DNA from: Amphiscolops sp. MND2022
Lineage: Eukaryota
Reading direction: 5' to 3'
DNA length: 64,000 nt
Assembly: GCA_964187785.1 (NCBI GenBank)
Contig: OZ076414.1
Coordinates: 47,864,001 to 47,928,000, forward strand
A model generated the notes under the pieces. It had not been told where the DNA came from, searched no databases, and saw only the letters and a list, made by a program, of their open reading frames with translations. Positions 61,574-64,000 of the stretch are shown piece after piece. The position numbers and the translations under genes were made by a program. Position 1 is the stretch's first letter. The number at the start of each line of letters is the position of its first letter.

Positions 61574-62695
61574 TGTCATGCCCGCCAAGCATGAAGGAAT
61601 TAAACGAACTCTAAAATATTGATTCATACATCAAACTCCCTAAAATACAGATCATCATGAAAATACATTGCAGTAATTTATTCCTCGAACAATACAGTTG
61701 AAAATATAACAACTGGAACTAACAGTCGTCAATGCTAGATTCATTCATGTTATTGTGCATCGTTGGAAACCAAGACTGAAATATTCAGTCATCATAAATG
61801 ATTCTCACATATAAGACTGGAACAATCAGTCATCAGCTATCGTGATAGTTCATCATTTAATCTTTCTTCATCCATTTTTTATATTACATGTAAAGTATTA
61901 CCAGAATACTCGATCATTCATAACAACAACATTTCATTCATTTATATCAGCAATTTGTACAATGCCTTGTAGTAATTAACCTCCAAACGATAATTGAATC
62001 AGTCACCATGATGATAAGGATACACGGTAGTAAAGCCTCAGTATAAGAGGTAATTGAGACAATTGCGTGCTAAAATGACTGGTGCTTGCGGTCATACTAG
62101 ATCAAACATGAATAATTAAACGCCGATTATCACCCGTCACGACTGTAACCACCAGTCGTCGAGTGCAATTAAATAGCAATTAGTAAATCGAATGTCATTG
62201 GCTAAACGGAAAGGTGCTAACACACTTTTATAGTTACACAATCGTGTAAAACCGAAGTCACTCGCGAGTTGTAACTATTGATAGAACAAGTTGCTCACTA
62301 CCCTGCTTACAAGTTATCAATCTTTATCATAACATTAACACATTTCAATTCAACTTAAAACTTCCAGACTTTTCATGGTAACTACTAGATCTCAAAGTAG
62401 CCAAAATAGACAAGTAGAAACTGGAAATATGGACAGATCAAGCGATAATGAAAGTGAATCCAGTTTCCCTGAACTCTTATCCAGAGACCAAATCGTAGAC
62501 CTGACTCTGACGACGTATTAACTAGACGTCAAAATAGTAATAATTATAGCATTGATCAACGATTTAATGAGATAAATAGACAAATCGGAGACCTTACCAG
62601 CATAGTCCTTACATTAACCAATCAGTTTGCCTCCGTTAATGGAGAAGGGAACAGACTAAACTCAGCAACTACAAGTGCTGACAGTCGTTCCGACA
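61574..62695 (+). repeat. Gypsy B 3' LTR
   Basis: Follows the PPT; followed by TSD ACATC. Confidence 0.97.
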
Positions 62696-64000
62696 ACATC
62701 ACAATACACTATTAAAGTATTGCTAAAAAAACATCGCTATCAAATCTCTTGTTCATGAAACAAAATGACAGAATGTCTTTGATGTAAAATATAATTTAAT
62801 TTGAGGCTAAAACTCTTATGTTTTCCGTAATGAAATAAAAATCTAGCAGTCAGTAAAAAGCTTTTATCATAGTATTTGTTGCAGGCTGCCGACTGTGATG
62901 GCAACCTCTACACTATCGACCAAAGTGTACCTATGGCCCTACCCGGCACATTGCCAATATAATCGCAATTGTTAACAAACTCGAAAACAATATTTGTATT
63001 TTTGCTATTAACATATGTAAATTAGTTTTACGTTTTTATGAATTTAGTGCAGTTATAATTTGACAGCAAGGTACACTGACAGGCAGAAAGAAAACGAGTT
63101 CAAATATTTGCCTGTCCAGTATATTTAGCATAGCCGCGTACGGCGTATTAGCCAATCTAGTCTCATTTATAGCTGCTACAATACGTTTACTGCTAATCAG
63201 AAAAGACCGATAAGGCCACTTGGCCTAAGCGGTCTTATTGCACTTTGTTATTGTACTGTGAAATTACTGAGTAGTTATAAAAGGACAAACGTGGCTTTGA
63301 AGTCTAATTAGCCTTATTTGTTGAAATATTGCTGACGATGCTATTATATGGAATAAAACCTGGAACCGCTGATAAACCAAACAAGCCTTTTCAATCTTTG
63401 AAACTCTGATATGATATTGGGTATAGACATAATCATAACTCAGTGAAATACATATTCTGGGATGTCATATAGTCAATTTCATGAAAAATCAACATGTAGT
63501 GTTGCCCTATTCTTCCTATGTGGAAATGAAATCGAATTTCCCGTGCGGCCATTGGCCGTATAAACCAACATGAATTTATTATGCATGTGAAATTGTTTTA
63601 TACAAAAAGTTACGCCTGTAAACATTTTGACCTATACGTCCCGCGGCCTTGCTCAGCACTTTGATCTAACCGCTCCCACAAGCCCCCGGTGACGTAATGT
63701 TGCTATTTGTAGTGATGATGAATGCTATTTTTAACCTGTAAGTTATTTATAGTAACACTCCACTATTTTACCGCGTGTCATGCCCACTTGGGTTTATATA
63801 CCCAACCCGGGCATTTGAACGACACAATTTTTCACTTGAAATGCATTTATTCAGTTGCTCTGTAGTTATACAAGTTTTGTAAAACTCTCCTACTCTACCC
63901 CATTACAGGAACAATTTCTTCCCGTAGAAACGCTTTTTTGCCTTCCACAATTCAATTTTGTAATAGCACATGCTCCAGGAAAAAACAATATTGCGACCGA

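Larger units (their letters stand above)
47629..62695 (+). mobile_element. Ty3/Gypsy LTR retrotransposon B (15.07 kb) with internal inversion
   Basis: LTRs 47629-48751 and 61574-62695 (~99% identical by eye); TSD ACATC (47624-47628, 62696-62700); PBS 48752-48764; PPT 61561-61573. Confidence 0.97.

Noticed and set aside
63203-63813. Isolated GC-rich hairpins (63203-63236; ~63781-63813) as Helitron ends
   Set aside because: No matching 5' end or second copy in the window; too little evidence.

Overview
AT-rich eukaryotic (animal-like; GT-AG introns) window that is almost entirely nested transposable elements. Left to right: (1) ~1-2.3 kb, a decayed Maverick/Polinton (integrase and PolB remnants); nearby lie a HINE/DINE-1-like element (~1.4-1.7 kb), a TIR MITE containing a deleted hAT element, a probable solo LTR and a hAT MITE. 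(2) 10356-17781, a 7.4-kb internally deleted LTR-element derivative with a 5-bp TSD. (3) 18752-43222, Ty3/Gypsy element A (TSD GATAT), whose 5' LTR is split by a complete 9.3-kb Bel/Pao element (18994-28255, TSD GGTAT). (4) A small stefin/cystatin-like host gene fragment at ~43.5-43.9 kb. (5) 47629-62695, Gypsy element B (TSD ACATC), with a 10-kb internal inversion. Main result: A and B each carry, antisense between pol and the PPT, a 7-exon spliced gene of ~1070 codons. It has a BED zinc finger and an apparently catalytically dead hAT-transposase-like body, with the same intron phases in both copies despite deep sequence divergence. A third, far more divergent homologue with matching introns sits in the 10-17 kb element, next to arrays of a fixed-spacing dyad (ATGCGG-N14-CAGCAT). 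A and B also share a -1 frameshift site whose downstream 12-14 nt is exactly complementary to a conserved motif ~11.5 kb away near the PPT. The Bel/Pao element carries an extra SGNH-hydrolase-like ORF and a tRNA-like Pol III cassette in its LTRs. All protein-family calls are by-eye motif recognition; no database searches were run.
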